DNA of 64,000 nucleotides from Lama glama. Its lineage: Eukaryota. Each line of letters begins with the position of its first letter. The stretch's first letter is position 1. The translations under genes and the position numbers were made by a program. The stretch lies in the NCBI GenBank assembly GCA_028534125.1, contig CM052817.1, forward strand, positions 70,062,001 to 70,126,000, written 5' to 3'. Below are positions 27,901 through 39,353 of the stretch, one piece after another. The notes beneath the pieces were generated by a model. That model did no database searches. It worked only from the letters and a program-made list of their open reading frames with translations, and was not told the DNA's origin.

Positions 27901-29963
27901 TCTCCATGTTGAGTAAAGCAGTAAAAAAAAAAAAAAAAAGAAAAAGACCTCTTTTTTAAAGTGAATGTAACATCAACAATAAATTACTATGATGAAGATC
28001 AAAACTTGATTCTGCAAAACTGTCAAGTTCCACATAGCATTATTTGTAGGCATAGCTAGAAACAATGGTCAATAGTCAAAAAAAGTTTTTTTAGAGTATG
28101 CTTGCTCCAGGTTAGCTACAAAAACACATTTCTAGACCCTGTGTGAAATAACATCTCTGTCAGTCATATTTCTCCTACAGATGGGGGAAAGGGGACAGGC
28201 AACCTAAACTCTTGTTTGCTCTGTAATGCCCTTGCAATCTTCTCCATGCAAACTGAAGGCAGCTGAGTAACAGCAAGTGGACAATTTCAGCAGGTTTAGA
28301 GGTTTAGCTAGAGTGGGTTTCGTGCATAAATGTATTGTTTTATAGAGACTTTACAGTCCTCTGAATAGCCTGATAATAGTCTGCAAACAGGCCCAGCTAG
28401 ATTGGCTAGATTATCAGAATCTGGGAGTTACCAATCCCTGTTCCCTGTCCATTCTCCATTTAACTTCTGACTCTCCTTTTTGATGAATTCGATCCGTCCC
28501 CTTCCCCATTTTTGTTGTTGGTCTCTAGATCATCTTCTGGCTTTGCACCTCCAAATCTTAGAGACTGGATTAATTTATACACCTAAAATGACTTAAAAGC
28601 TGATAATGGAGTCTACAGTTCCTATACTATGACTTCGTAAGGTTATAATTAATATTTAAAAAGTGATCATCAATCTAAAATGTTTTAAAAAATATTTAAA
28701 TACAGTCCAATGGCTGCCTTTTCCAAATGTATGAGGACCTGCTGGGACAGTATAAAGCAGTACTAAGTCTCTTGACTATTACAGTATTAGCTTTCAACAG
28801 ACTGGCTCAGTTTGGCATAATCACTTAAATAATGACTTTAAAGATACAAGTTCCAAATGAATACCTCCTTCTGAAAAAACCTTCAGTCCCATGATAGCAG
28901 CACCTATAGAATGCCAAGCTCTACTTTTGCCTGGGAATAAAATATATGTGCTTTTCTGCTGGCCAATGGATGGTGCTAGTATATTTTCTCTTTAAATTTG
29001 AAGTCTATCTCGAAACCAAAGAGAAACCAGGCTGATAAAATTCCAATCACGTCTATGATACACAAATGAGGAAGTAAAGGAGTCAGAGAGGAATGGAACA
29101 AGCCGATTGCTTAAAAACATGTCAGTCGCATAAACCAAAAACATTTCCGTCCAAGGAACTAACAGGATTATTTAAAACAAGACTCAAAAGTTGCAAAATT
29201 TTCTCAGTTGATACTATTGAAGAATGGTTGTGAGATAAGTTCAAGTCCAGACAGATCCAATTGTGAGGTCCTTACTCTGTCCAGTTAAAATTACACAAGT
29301 CTTTGCAAGACCGAAATGGATCAAAATAATGGGGTTGATGAGAGCAAATTCAGGACCTATATGGGGGAGGGGGAGGGGGACTTCAAAGAGCAAGATTTTC
29401 TGCAGGTTGGCTCAACTGCCTTTGTTTTTGTGAAACTGGGTTGTTCTGTCTTTATGAATGAACAAGAAATGTCTAGGGTCATTTCGAAAAAAACCTATCT
29501 GAATAAAGATCACAATTCTGCCGTACAAGTCATGCAAGTGCAATGTTAGCTCCTAAAGGGTCACGTGTAGCATGGCACTTGGGACACTTGAATTAGGATG
29601 CTGTTTGGTCATAAGATATCTAAGGTATCTGAAGAGGGGATGTCATTGGTCCCAGTTATTCTGACTGTGGTCCTTTCCCAACTTTGTAGCAGTACAAATT
29701 AGATGAATCAAACAGAAGAGTCTGGGGCTCTGAGGAATTTTCCCACACATTCTCCTGACATCCACATTCAATCTGAGATAGAATATTCTTCTAAAACTTA
29801 ACTTCTCCTGCACTTGAGGCAAAGAGGAAAATTTAATATACTTAGCTTCAAAAAGTATACAACTTAGATTAGAAAATTTAAAATAATTTATCAGTAAGTC
29901 AAAAGAAGTAGCTCCTTGCAGTAAAGTGAAAAGACACTCCACCTTAAAAATTTTACTTAAAAT

Positions 29964-30035
29964 ATAAGCCATAGTCTCCCTGTACCCTTGAATGAATTAA
30001 TAAGCCATAGTCTCCTTCTATCTTTGGATTAATTA
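29964..30035. repeat. 36-bp imperfect tandem duplication
   Basis: ataagccatagtctccctgtacccttgaatgaatta followed by ataagccatagtctccttctatctttggattaatta. Confidence 0.85.
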
Positions 30036-33000
30036 TTGTTCCTGTGATTATTTTCAAAGCTATGCAGCAGTGTGATGGACAGCTGGATAAGGGTAAGCTT
30101 ACTGATTAGACACGTCCAATTCGTTCCTTAATTCCAGATGTGAGCAGTGACAAAAATCAAATTTTATCTGTTTGTCAGCAAATATAAACATGGGTGGGGT
30201 GGGTGGAGCTTAAGATAAAGTTACACTAGGCATAATTCTGTTCCTCAGAAATCCAAATGTTGATTCCCTTAAGGTAAAATCATACTGAGTTGCTCAAAAT
30301 AATGAAGAAAAATACCCTTGAAACATTTTAATACCAATGTCTACTAAAAATAAGAAAGGAAGATGGAATGTGAACACAAACAACTGTCCTTTCCCACCTA
30401 AAAATCCATCCTCAGAAGGATGACAGAAACAAACAACGCAGCCAGCAGCAGCACTATTCTGACCAGGTGTTACTGCGGTTGGGGGGACCCGAGCTGCAAT
30501 GTCTGCTGTTGCTTCCTGCGCTAAGTCTGCTGCTTCTCCCTCCCCGAGCAGCCGAAGAGAAACGAGATCTTTCACTTTGGAGGTGTTAAACATTTGGGTT
30601 GTGTGAGGGACAAATGGAAGTTTGACACCTAAGATGAATAACCACAGTGCATGAGGCCAATGGGAACTTTCACTATGTAAAGCCAGCCAAGCTCACTGTC
30701 ACACGGTATTCAGCACACAAGTGCCAGCACCCAGCGCAGGACGCAACAAACTACTTTTTTTTTTAATACTTAACTGTTGGCCGCCAAGAATTTTCATAAA
30801 TAAGACACAGAGAAAGAAAGTCTTGGGAGTATGCTTTTAATAAACTCTCCAGGGCCCCTGCTCTGAAATATTTAACAGGCTTCTGCATCTTCTCACTCTT
30901 GAAGAAGACGAGAATTCAAGCCACGGTTTACTGTACTTTAAGAATTCACACTGACACCAAATGTGCTATTATTATATAAAGGTGCTTTCTCCTTAGGCCC
31001 AATTCATCTGAACTAAGAATTCTTGTTTTAAATTCTCTGACACATTCATTTATAAGATTTATGGTATAGATACACCTCTAAGAATTTCTGTAAGTATGTA
31101 ATTGGCCAATTAAAATTTCCCTTCAAAAGAAAAAAAGCCTGATTGGCGAAGGCAGTTCTCCTGTATAGGCAATACTCTATTCAGGTCATAGGTAAAAGCT
31201 GTGCGTGCAGACGTATGTCAGTGTTTGTCTAAAAAAGAGCAAAAGCATATGGAATTGTTACAATGAGCTACCAGCAGAAACATTTCTGTGTGTGCCAGCT
31301 GGCCACAGCTGGTATTCTCTGGATTACCTGCACTTGCATCTAAACAGAAGATTTTGTGTGGGGAAGGGGCAGGCAGGGCCCTCCCCCACCCTCAGATGTT
31401 TTTTCAATTCTAACACCTGAGGGCAGCAGATGCAGTAAACAAGCAGTTGTTTGTAATGCAAATCCAAGTAACAGGGGTGCCGGGGGACTGTTCCTGCTCC
31501 CACCCTAGGCCAAAACACAAATGGTCACCCTGCTCCTGACACCCTAGATGCAACCTATCACTGTGGATGTCAGTTACACAAACACTCAGTCCCGCTAAGG
31601 ACAGAGCTAAATTAGAGCAAGAGGCAGAAGTGTGGTTAGGGGTGAAGAGGAGAGGCTGCCTTCCGGTTAAAGTGTTTTGGGTCTTAGACGCATTAAAAAC
31701 AGCTGTTAGGTATTAAAAACCAAAGATTGCGACTCACTTCGGTCGGACCCTAAAAGAAAAAATTGAAGGTAGTCTTGTGGTTAAAACTGAAAAGCTTCTG
31801 GAACTGTGCAAACTGCAGAATATTGCCAAGAAAATGTGCCTAAAATAAGTGTGTTCTAAAGTGTAACAGACTAAAGCAAAGCAGTAGATAACAGGGTAAG
31901 GTAACTGTTTCCTCACCACACCCCTTTCCTCCACTCTGCACCCACCAACATTTATTCTGGCCACAGATCTTTCCTAAACAATCAATGACTGTTCAACTAA
32001 CTGACCTCAAAATTTTAATACGTACACTAACAATAAATACTTCCCATTCTAGTAATTTTAAATGGGGGGTGGGAGAAAAGGCTAGAGAGACCTAAGGCAG
32101 AAAATGCTGGTTGAAAGAGGGAGAAGCTTAACTTTCAATGTTCTTGGAGATAATTTACAAATATCAATCGATTTTTATTATATTGACTTTTTAAAAATTG
32201 TTTTGAAAGGAGAAGCAGCTGAACTAAAGAATAAATTCCACAATTACTTACTAAGCATTAACTGTATACACTGCCAAAAAGTGTTAAGATTATCTTAGCA
32301 GCTATTTTCTGTTGTTACAAAGTCAGAGATTATAATTTGATTTGTTGTAAAGATTCTTTGTTACTCTAAAAGGCCTTCAGCAGAAATCTTCAATTATTCC
32401 TTGTCTAAGACGTATCTACTCCAAAACACCAGCAAAACAAAACCAGCCCAACTTAAAAGAAATATCTGATATATACACGCATGTTTAATTCAACAGATAT
32501 AAAGTCTCCTACACATTTGAAAACTCAGAAGCATTTATTTGGGTGGTCTCTAAATATTAAACTATATTTGCTCTTACTAGTTCATCCACTTTTTAGGTAA
32601 GAGATTCATACATACCACACAGACATTTCTATCATTAAATATTTGAAAAGCCTTTTAAAATAAAATGTGAAATCGCTACTTCCTATAACAACCATCACAA
32701 GACTTCCAAGATCTCCACGTTAGCTGTTATGTGAAAATTAGAAAAATCTTATCCCTTACCTGAAAGGTCAAACATTTTTCCAAAATTTGTGGGAAAAAAT
32801 TACGATAACTTCTAAATCAGAGTGCCCACTTAAAGTGGTTTTACTTCACAGACCTATCACTTCAACAGTTGAGAACCACAGATAATCAAGATAACCACAG
32901 ATACTGTTTGCTGATGACTGACTGGGAGCTACTCCTCTCTGCTACTTGGAGCATCTTGCTCCCACATTCTGTTCACTGAGGTATTAACAACAGTACGTGC

Positions 33001-34046
33001 CCAAACATCTGTGACTGATTTTTATCACTTGGTAGAAGCCCTGGGCAAATATGGCAAAGACTACAAATTCCATCCTATAATCCTAGATTCAACTCCCAGG
33101 AGGGCCAGTGAGACGGAAATCCTCACCTCCATGGCCCAAACGTATGAGTTTTTCATTGGGGTTTGCGTGGTGGTGGGAGACCGAGGCCAGAAAGGTAAAT
33201 ATATTGACGGATCAGTAGAACTCCATTGCCACCTTCAAAGAGCTGATTCTCGGGGAGAACTCCACCACCAGCACACTTCACATGTTGTACACAAGTTACC
33301 CTTTACATGTTTTCTTCCTGCCTAAGTGAGGTTTCCACTTCTCAGCAAAAGAGAAAATATTATCAAATAACATCTAAAATTCTTCATAGTGTTATCATTT
33401 GCATAATGCAGAACGCAGTTACAATGCCACTGCATTTTTAGAACTTAAAAGTTAACTGAACTCCGAGATTAAAAAAAAGAACAGTTTTCATTAGAGTAAT
33501 CTTCAGATGATACTTAACAATTCGCAATAAAGTAAAAACAGCTCATTCCCCTACCCCACCCCAAACCGATTTTAAAGAAACATTAGCTAATACAATCAAA
33601 TGAGACACTTCAGAAAGCTGAAGTAACATTCTGAACGTTCAGCTCCAAACGAGCCAAAGGAGTTGATTCTAGACAGCTCATGGGCAGTGAGAGCCATACA
33701 GCACTTAGTTAATTGAAAGATTAAATCAATCTCTTTCAATAGAGTAGAAAGCAAATACTCATAAAATCATGAATTTGCTGATTTAAATCCATTTGATTTC
33801 ATCACAGCTCATGATCTGTTTTTCATTAATCTTAACTAATAAGCCAAAAGCTAAAATTCCAAGTGCAAAACATCAAACGTAGCATAATTTTAAGGCAACC
33901 ATTCCACATAGCAGGTCTTATTTAGCAATGACTGGACATATATAATGAAAGCATTTCCAGTGTGTTTAAAAAAACAAACATTTTTGCCAAAATATAAGTT
34001 AATTTGCACTTCTGAAAATAATTTGCAACATCAGCATGTTACTCAC

Positions 34047-34180
34047 TGTTCTCGGGATGGGTGGAGAAAGAGATCCATTTGACATGTATGGGTCATTATT
34101 CATATTTGGCATCATTATGTACCCTGAATAACTCGAGTAAGAGGGTCCCTTGTTGTAGAGGCCTCCATCTGGATGCTTTC
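34047..34180 (-). CDS. LEF1: LEF1 coding exon 3 (aa 94-138)
   Basis: Acceptor ttctctcag|GA, 134 nt encoding (G)KHPDGGLYNKGPSYSSYSGYIMMPNMNNDPYMSNGSLSPPIPRT, donor ACA|gtgagt. Contains Met116 (ATG at 34115). Confidence 0.98.
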
Positions 34181-34194
34181 CTGAGAGAATGCAA

Positions 34195-34240
34195 AGAACA
34201 ATCAATGACACATTGACTTCCTTTTTATATCACTGTATTT
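34195..34240 (-). promoter_or_regulatory. LEF1 P2 (intron 2) promoter TATA box for dominant-negative LEF1
   Basis: TATAAAAA on the minus strand at 34229-34222, 49 nt upstream of exon 3, directly followed by an ETS core GGAAGT. Matches the known intron-2 promoter whose product starts at Met116. Confidence 0.8.
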
Positions 34241-35596
34241 TTCATTTGAAAAGTTAATGGTTCTACGACAAATCAGACCTTACATAAAAGATTTGTTTAC
34301 AAAATATTGTAACTGGATTATTATGCTCTATTTTAGATTGACAGTATTTATTCTCTTAAACGGCTTAGCAGTGAACCAGATGTTTTAAAAACATGTGGTT
34401 CAATTTACTTCCACTACTGACTGGTGTTTTTACAAAAATAAGTGTTATCCATCTAACTTAATTTGTTCTAATACTAACAAACTGGACTAAGAAATACAGA
34501 CAGATGAAAGAAGACACAGAAATGTAAAGCTGTAATATAAATACATTAGGCCATTCAGCTCTACACACGCGTATACATTTACTCAACTTAAAGTTATGCT
34601 CCAGCTTACAGGCAGACTCAAAAATTCTACCTGTGCTTCTAAGTTTCTAGAAAATGCCTACATTTTACTGAGTGAGAGAGTTGCATCTAGTGTACAGGCA
34701 ACTATCCAAATTCATGAAGGATTAACTCCAGGAGACTTAATTTTATGTGCTACACTTACATCACTCTGCCAAAGAAATTTGTATGTATTCAGTGTATACA
34801 TTTCTTCTCTTCAATCTGTGTAACTACTTTGTAGCTCAGAAGGAAGCCTGATATTATAGTCTCTTCCCTTCTTCCCCTGGCTGACATATTGTACATGTGA
34901 ACACTTCATTCTGGTCAGGCCAATTGTGAGTAATTAAAGGAGAACAGAAATGGACACTGTTCAACAAAGGAACCCTACAGATTATACATTCTTTTAAAGT
35001 CACAGGGAGTTCTCTTTAAATCTTAAAGTATTACATAATTTTTAATGTTTTGAGCAAGAATAAGAAATGGGGAGAAAGTCTGACTATCATGTTCTATATG
35101 CATCATTCCTAACTTTAAGAATTAAGTTTTATATTTTTAAAGGTTAGATTCTTCTTTACTGAGCCATATTTAGTATGCACATACACTATAACAAGAAACA
35201 GTAATTTTACAAGTGAAAATCCTTTTGAAACTATTCTTGTTGGAAAATAAATTGATGTAGACTGTTACTTTGTAACAATTCAGGAAAAAAAATACTAAAG
35301 ATCTATTTATAATTAGAACTTTAGGTAAAATGAGGAAAACTCATTATAGACATTTCTCTTCCACAAAGAATCTGGAAGCCAATTGAAATCCAAAGGCCCC
35401 AACTCATTTAAATTCAAAGTTTTTACACTGTAAACACACATTATGGAGAAACAACAAATTTCCTGTTTTTTTTTCCATTTTAACAAATGTCGTATTACAT
35501 CTAATCTGGGTTTCTTGGACGAAAATAAAAAACATCCCTATATTCACAAATTGCACATATTAAACAAAACTGGGAGAAGTGGAGTTAGTGTCTTAC

Positions 35597-35663
35597 CTTC
35601 ATCAGGGTGTTCTCTGGCCTTGTCGTGGTAGGACTCCTGAGAAGTTTGTGCTTGTCTGGCCAC
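35597..35663 (-). CDS. LEF1: LEF1 coding exon 2 (aa 72-94)
   Basis: Acceptor ctgttag|GTG, 67 nt encoding VARQAQTSQESYHDKAREHPDE+G, donor AAG|gtaaga. Frame continuous with exons 1 and 3. Confidence 0.98.
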
Positions 35664-36769
35664 CTAACAGCACAAATCCCCACCCCCAAAAGAAAGAAAA
35701 TCACCTTAGAATTTGTGACAATACCAAAGTAAGTGTGATTCCACACTCAAAGGAGGAAGATTAGGTGCAACTCAACCTACCTGTTTTTTAATCTTAGAGA
35801 ATAGGCTAGGGTTGAGTACTGGGAAATCTTTTCCTTTTCAACATGTGTTTCTGAGAATTATCTACCCAGGATTAGAAAGTATAAATAATAAAAACAAATT
35901 TGGGGACGGTCCGTATGCTGTTCGCTAAAACACATCAAGGCTACTTGGATGCCCAATGTGATAAGAATCTGAGTTAATGGGGCTGATGGTTCTGATAGCT
36001 TCTTCAACCACTGTTCACTTCCATCAGAACTCATTAAACAAGTGAAGTACGATTTTGCAACTGAAAATGACATTTTAAATAAAAACAAGCCCACTACTGA
36101 CAAATGAGGGTCTTAAGCAACTGTCCCAAACCAGTTCAAGCAGGAGCTCCACTCCTCCTGATCTACCATGGTTAGCTGACTACAAGCTTACAAGAGAAAA
36201 GTGAACTATTCTGTGGTTAAAGGGAGGAAAATTTGAGAGTTGGGTCATAGACACCTAAAAGGTAGCCCAGCTAATATCAGTTCTGGTAACCACCTTCCAC
36301 CCAGACTTAACCACGTGCAAATCAGTGGTATTACCCCTTCACCATCTTCCTTGGGTCTGCCCCATGCCCACTTACCACCGGCAAAGATTAACACAGCCCT
36401 TATACCTGGGTTCTGGGCTTCAAACGCAGGGCCCTTCTCCGCAGGGCAGAAGCATGCAGAAAATGGTAAGTGGCTGGCAAATTTATTTATAGAAAAAGAA
36501 AGGACAAGCAAAATGACTAGAAACAAAACAAAACAAAAAAAGGCTGCTCTACAAATCTGAGTTTGGCCTCGAGTGTTCGGGATGTTATTTGGTTCCTTGG
36601 ACATACGTCCTCCCAGTGACCTCCTCCTACAACACACCTTTCAAGTAGGGCTGGCTGCAACCTAGCTGTCCCTGAATTGGCATGCTGGGATGAAAGATTC
36701 AGGGGATAGAGAACACCCCCATGTTCTCCTTAGAACCCAGGTCCCCGGCCTTCCAAAATGCGTACTCAC

Positions 36770-36778
36770 CCCTGCCAT
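36770..36778 (-). CDS. LEF1: Coding end of an alternative LEF1 first exon in intron 1 (M-A-G spliced to exon 2; isoform lacking the beta-catenin-binding domain)
   Basis: Minus strand reads ccaATGGCAGGG|gtgagt: ATG plus 2 codons, then a consensus phase-0 donor in frame with exon 2. Resembles, as I recall, the human isoform beginning MAE-VARQAQ. Confidence 0.7.
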
Positions 36779-38094
36779 TGGGATAAAGAAGGTAACTCTG
36801 ATGTGTTCTTAAACTTGCTGTTTAAAACCCAAAATGTCCCCGCCCTCAAAACCACAAGCTTTCTTTTTGGGGGCAGAAGGATGCCATTTAAGGAAAAAGG
36901 GTATACCCTCCAAATTTCTTTGGAGGGAAAAAGCGTTGGTGAAATCATCTGAATGTCAGGTCTTTTCTACCGGATTTCCTCCAAAGCATTGCCCAGTTGT
37001 GAACAAGTGTGGCCAGTGGAGTGTCGAGTATCAGGGTCCATCCGCTCCCCCAACCCCCCATCTTTTGAAGCTCTCCTCGCGGCCTGAAATAGCCGTTCCG
37101 CGCGGTCCGATTCGCGGCTCTCTAGCCAGCACCCACGTGTCTCTATTTACTCTACTCGGGTTACCAGCGCTATCGCCCGCAGCGGGCCAGGAGATCTGAT
37201 AAAGCGCTTTCCACCCTCCCCTGAGTGGGTGCCCTGGCTTCCGCCGCATCTCGACTCTGACTCGCCTTTCTTATGCATAGATTTAAGGCCTGATCTTGGC
37301 TCAAACTAACCCCAGATAGAAGCGTGATATTTTTTTCTTCTTCTTTAAGTGAAGGTGGTTGGAGAAAACTAGTGTGGCGGGCAGTACTGCCAGGGCCCTC
37401 AAGAAGTGGCTGGACTCAGCGCTCCCACGGCTCCCGGCAGCCCGCGCCGGCGCTGGGACTCCAGCGGCCGCAAGGACCTGGTCCCGCGCCGCCCCCCGCC
37501 GCCCGAGCGCGCGCCCCCTCGGCCGGCCGGCTCCTCGCGAGCCCGGCTTGGCGGCGGTTGGGACGGCCCCGCCTGTCCCCGGCCCACGCCCGCCTCCCCT
37601 TCCTCTCTGCCTGCGGCTCTGCTCGTCTCTAAACCTTTGGTGGTTTAACGCACTTTTGCAGAGACATCTACCGAGAGAGCGAGAGAAAGGGTACACTTTG
37701 TTTTCCGTTCTACGGAAGAACTTCTCAGTTGTGCTGTTCATCCTCGCTTTAAGGCATCGCACCCTCTCAACCCCAGAAAAAAAAAGTCCGAAGGTGAAAC
37801 GTTACGGGTTAAAGGCAGCTTCTCCTGGCCGCAAACCAACAGTTTAATCTACGAACCCCAAAACTGATCCACTTGTAGTAAGTTTCCCTCTACACCCCTA
37901 CACACACACATACACACACACACGAAGAACACTGACCAGGAACCCATCATCTACCCCCATCCTCCCACCCTGCCCCCAGCAGACCTATTCGGGACCAGTC
38001 AGGCCGGGCTGCCGGGTGCCTTCCCTCCTTTATTCCCTCTGCTCTTCCCGGGACCCGCCACGCCTCTTGGAGCTCGGGGCAGCGGCCCGCTCAC

Positions 38095-38307
38095 CTCGTG
38101 TCCGTTGCTCGCCGGGATGATTTCGGACTCGTTAACCAAGGAGGACTTGATGTCGGCTAAGTCGCCTTCCTCCTCAGGGTGACTGATTTCGGCGAAGATC
38201 TTCTCCTTCTGGGGATCGCCCTCGTCCTTGAAGGGAATCATCTCGTCCGTGGCGCAGAGTTCCGGGTCCCCCCCGCCGCCGCCGCCTGCCCCTGAGAGTT
38301 GGGGCAT
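38095..38307 (-). CDS. LEF1: LEF1 coding exon 1 (aa 1-71, beta-catenin-binding domain)
   Basis: ATG at 38307 translates to [71 protein letters not shown], the recognisable LEF1 N-terminus. 213 nt, ending at a phase-0 donor GAG|gtgagc (38095/38094). Confidence 0.99.
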
Positions 38308-39195
38308 CCCGACCACTCTGTAATCTCCGCTCCGCTGGGGGAGCACCCCAGGCGACAGCAGAAAAAAGAATGGGTCAACGAAAGGTGGGGGAAGAAAAGG
38401 AGAATTGGAAGGATGCGTGAGGAAGGAGAGCGGGCGGAAGCCGGGCTGGCGGCCGACAATCAGAGCAGCTGCAGCGGCGCCCGAGCCCGGGCAGCCGCCT
38501 GCGCCTTCCCACTCCGCCGAGACCAACGCCGGCGCCCGTTCCCAAGGCCGAAGGACACAGAACTGCGAGGGCCGCCGCAGCCGGCGCCTCTGGGGGCGTC
38601 TGCGCGGCGCGCGCTAGGCTAGGCTAGGCTGCCGCAGCGGCCACCCCACGCCACCAGCGTCTCCCGGGTCTGCGCGCGGTGGACGCCGGTTCCGGAGGAG
38701 GTTCGACTCTCCAAAGTGCACAGGAGGGTCCGTCGGCGCGTCTCTACGCAAACCTCTCCACCCTAGCTTCCCTGGATGCCAATCTGGGAGTTTGTTTTCC
38801 GAGAAAAGAAGGGAGCTGGGCAAAACGACTCCCTTTGCCCCAGTAGAGACGGTGCAAGGAGAATCAGAAGACAACGAAATGTCCACTTCCTGGAGGGTAT
38901 TACAAAAAAAACAAAACCAAACAAAAACCAGCCACCCGGGTTGGAGATGTCCGTTTTAGAGCTTCTTATTTCCTTCCCTTTCGCTTCGGTTTTCCTTCTC
39001 CTGGCGCATTTAATCTGCCGGAGGAGGAGGAGAAGGTGGGGGCGGAGGAGGAGGGGAAGAGAAAGAAAAGAAGTTTGCCAAGAATAAAGTTTGTGCCGGC
39101 GAGCGAAGGGAGTCGGTAGTGGAGGGCACGGCTGGGTCTTGGGGAGTCACAGCAGGGGCCTTGGACCCAAATGCTTCTGCCGGGAGCTGGAGTCG

Positions 39196-39212
39196 ACACA
39201 CACACACGCGCG

Positions 39213-39250
<38 letters not shown>
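39196..39250. repeat. Compound microsatellite (CA)5(CG)7(CA)15, Z-DNA-prone
   Basis: 55 bp of uninterrupted purine-pyrimidine alternation inside the 5'UTR. Confidence 0.95.
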
Positions 39251-39251
<1 letters not shown>

Positions 39252-39261
39252 CCCGACCCCT

Positions 39262-39353
39262 CTTTGTTCCCGGCTCGAGTTTCTCAGTCTGGCTCGCTCG
39301 CTCTCTTGCTCGCCGCTCTCCACGCCTCCGCCGCGCTGCTTGTCAAAGCAAAG
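39262..39353. promoter_or_regulatory. TCF/LEF Wnt-response elements downstream of the P1 TSS
   Basis: CTTTGTT at 39262-39268 and overlapping CTTTGCT/CTTTGAC (minus strand) at 39342-39353. Spacing of ~85-90 bp fits the two 5'UTR TCF sites described for human LEF1 P1. Confidence 0.7.

Larger units (their letters stand above)
1..34046 (-). other. LEF1: LEF1 intron 3 (5' portion; continues beyond the window edge)
   Basis: Starts at the exon 3 donor. No exon 4 sequence (SNKVPVVQPSH...) found in 1-34046, consistent with the known very long intron 3. Confidence 0.9.
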
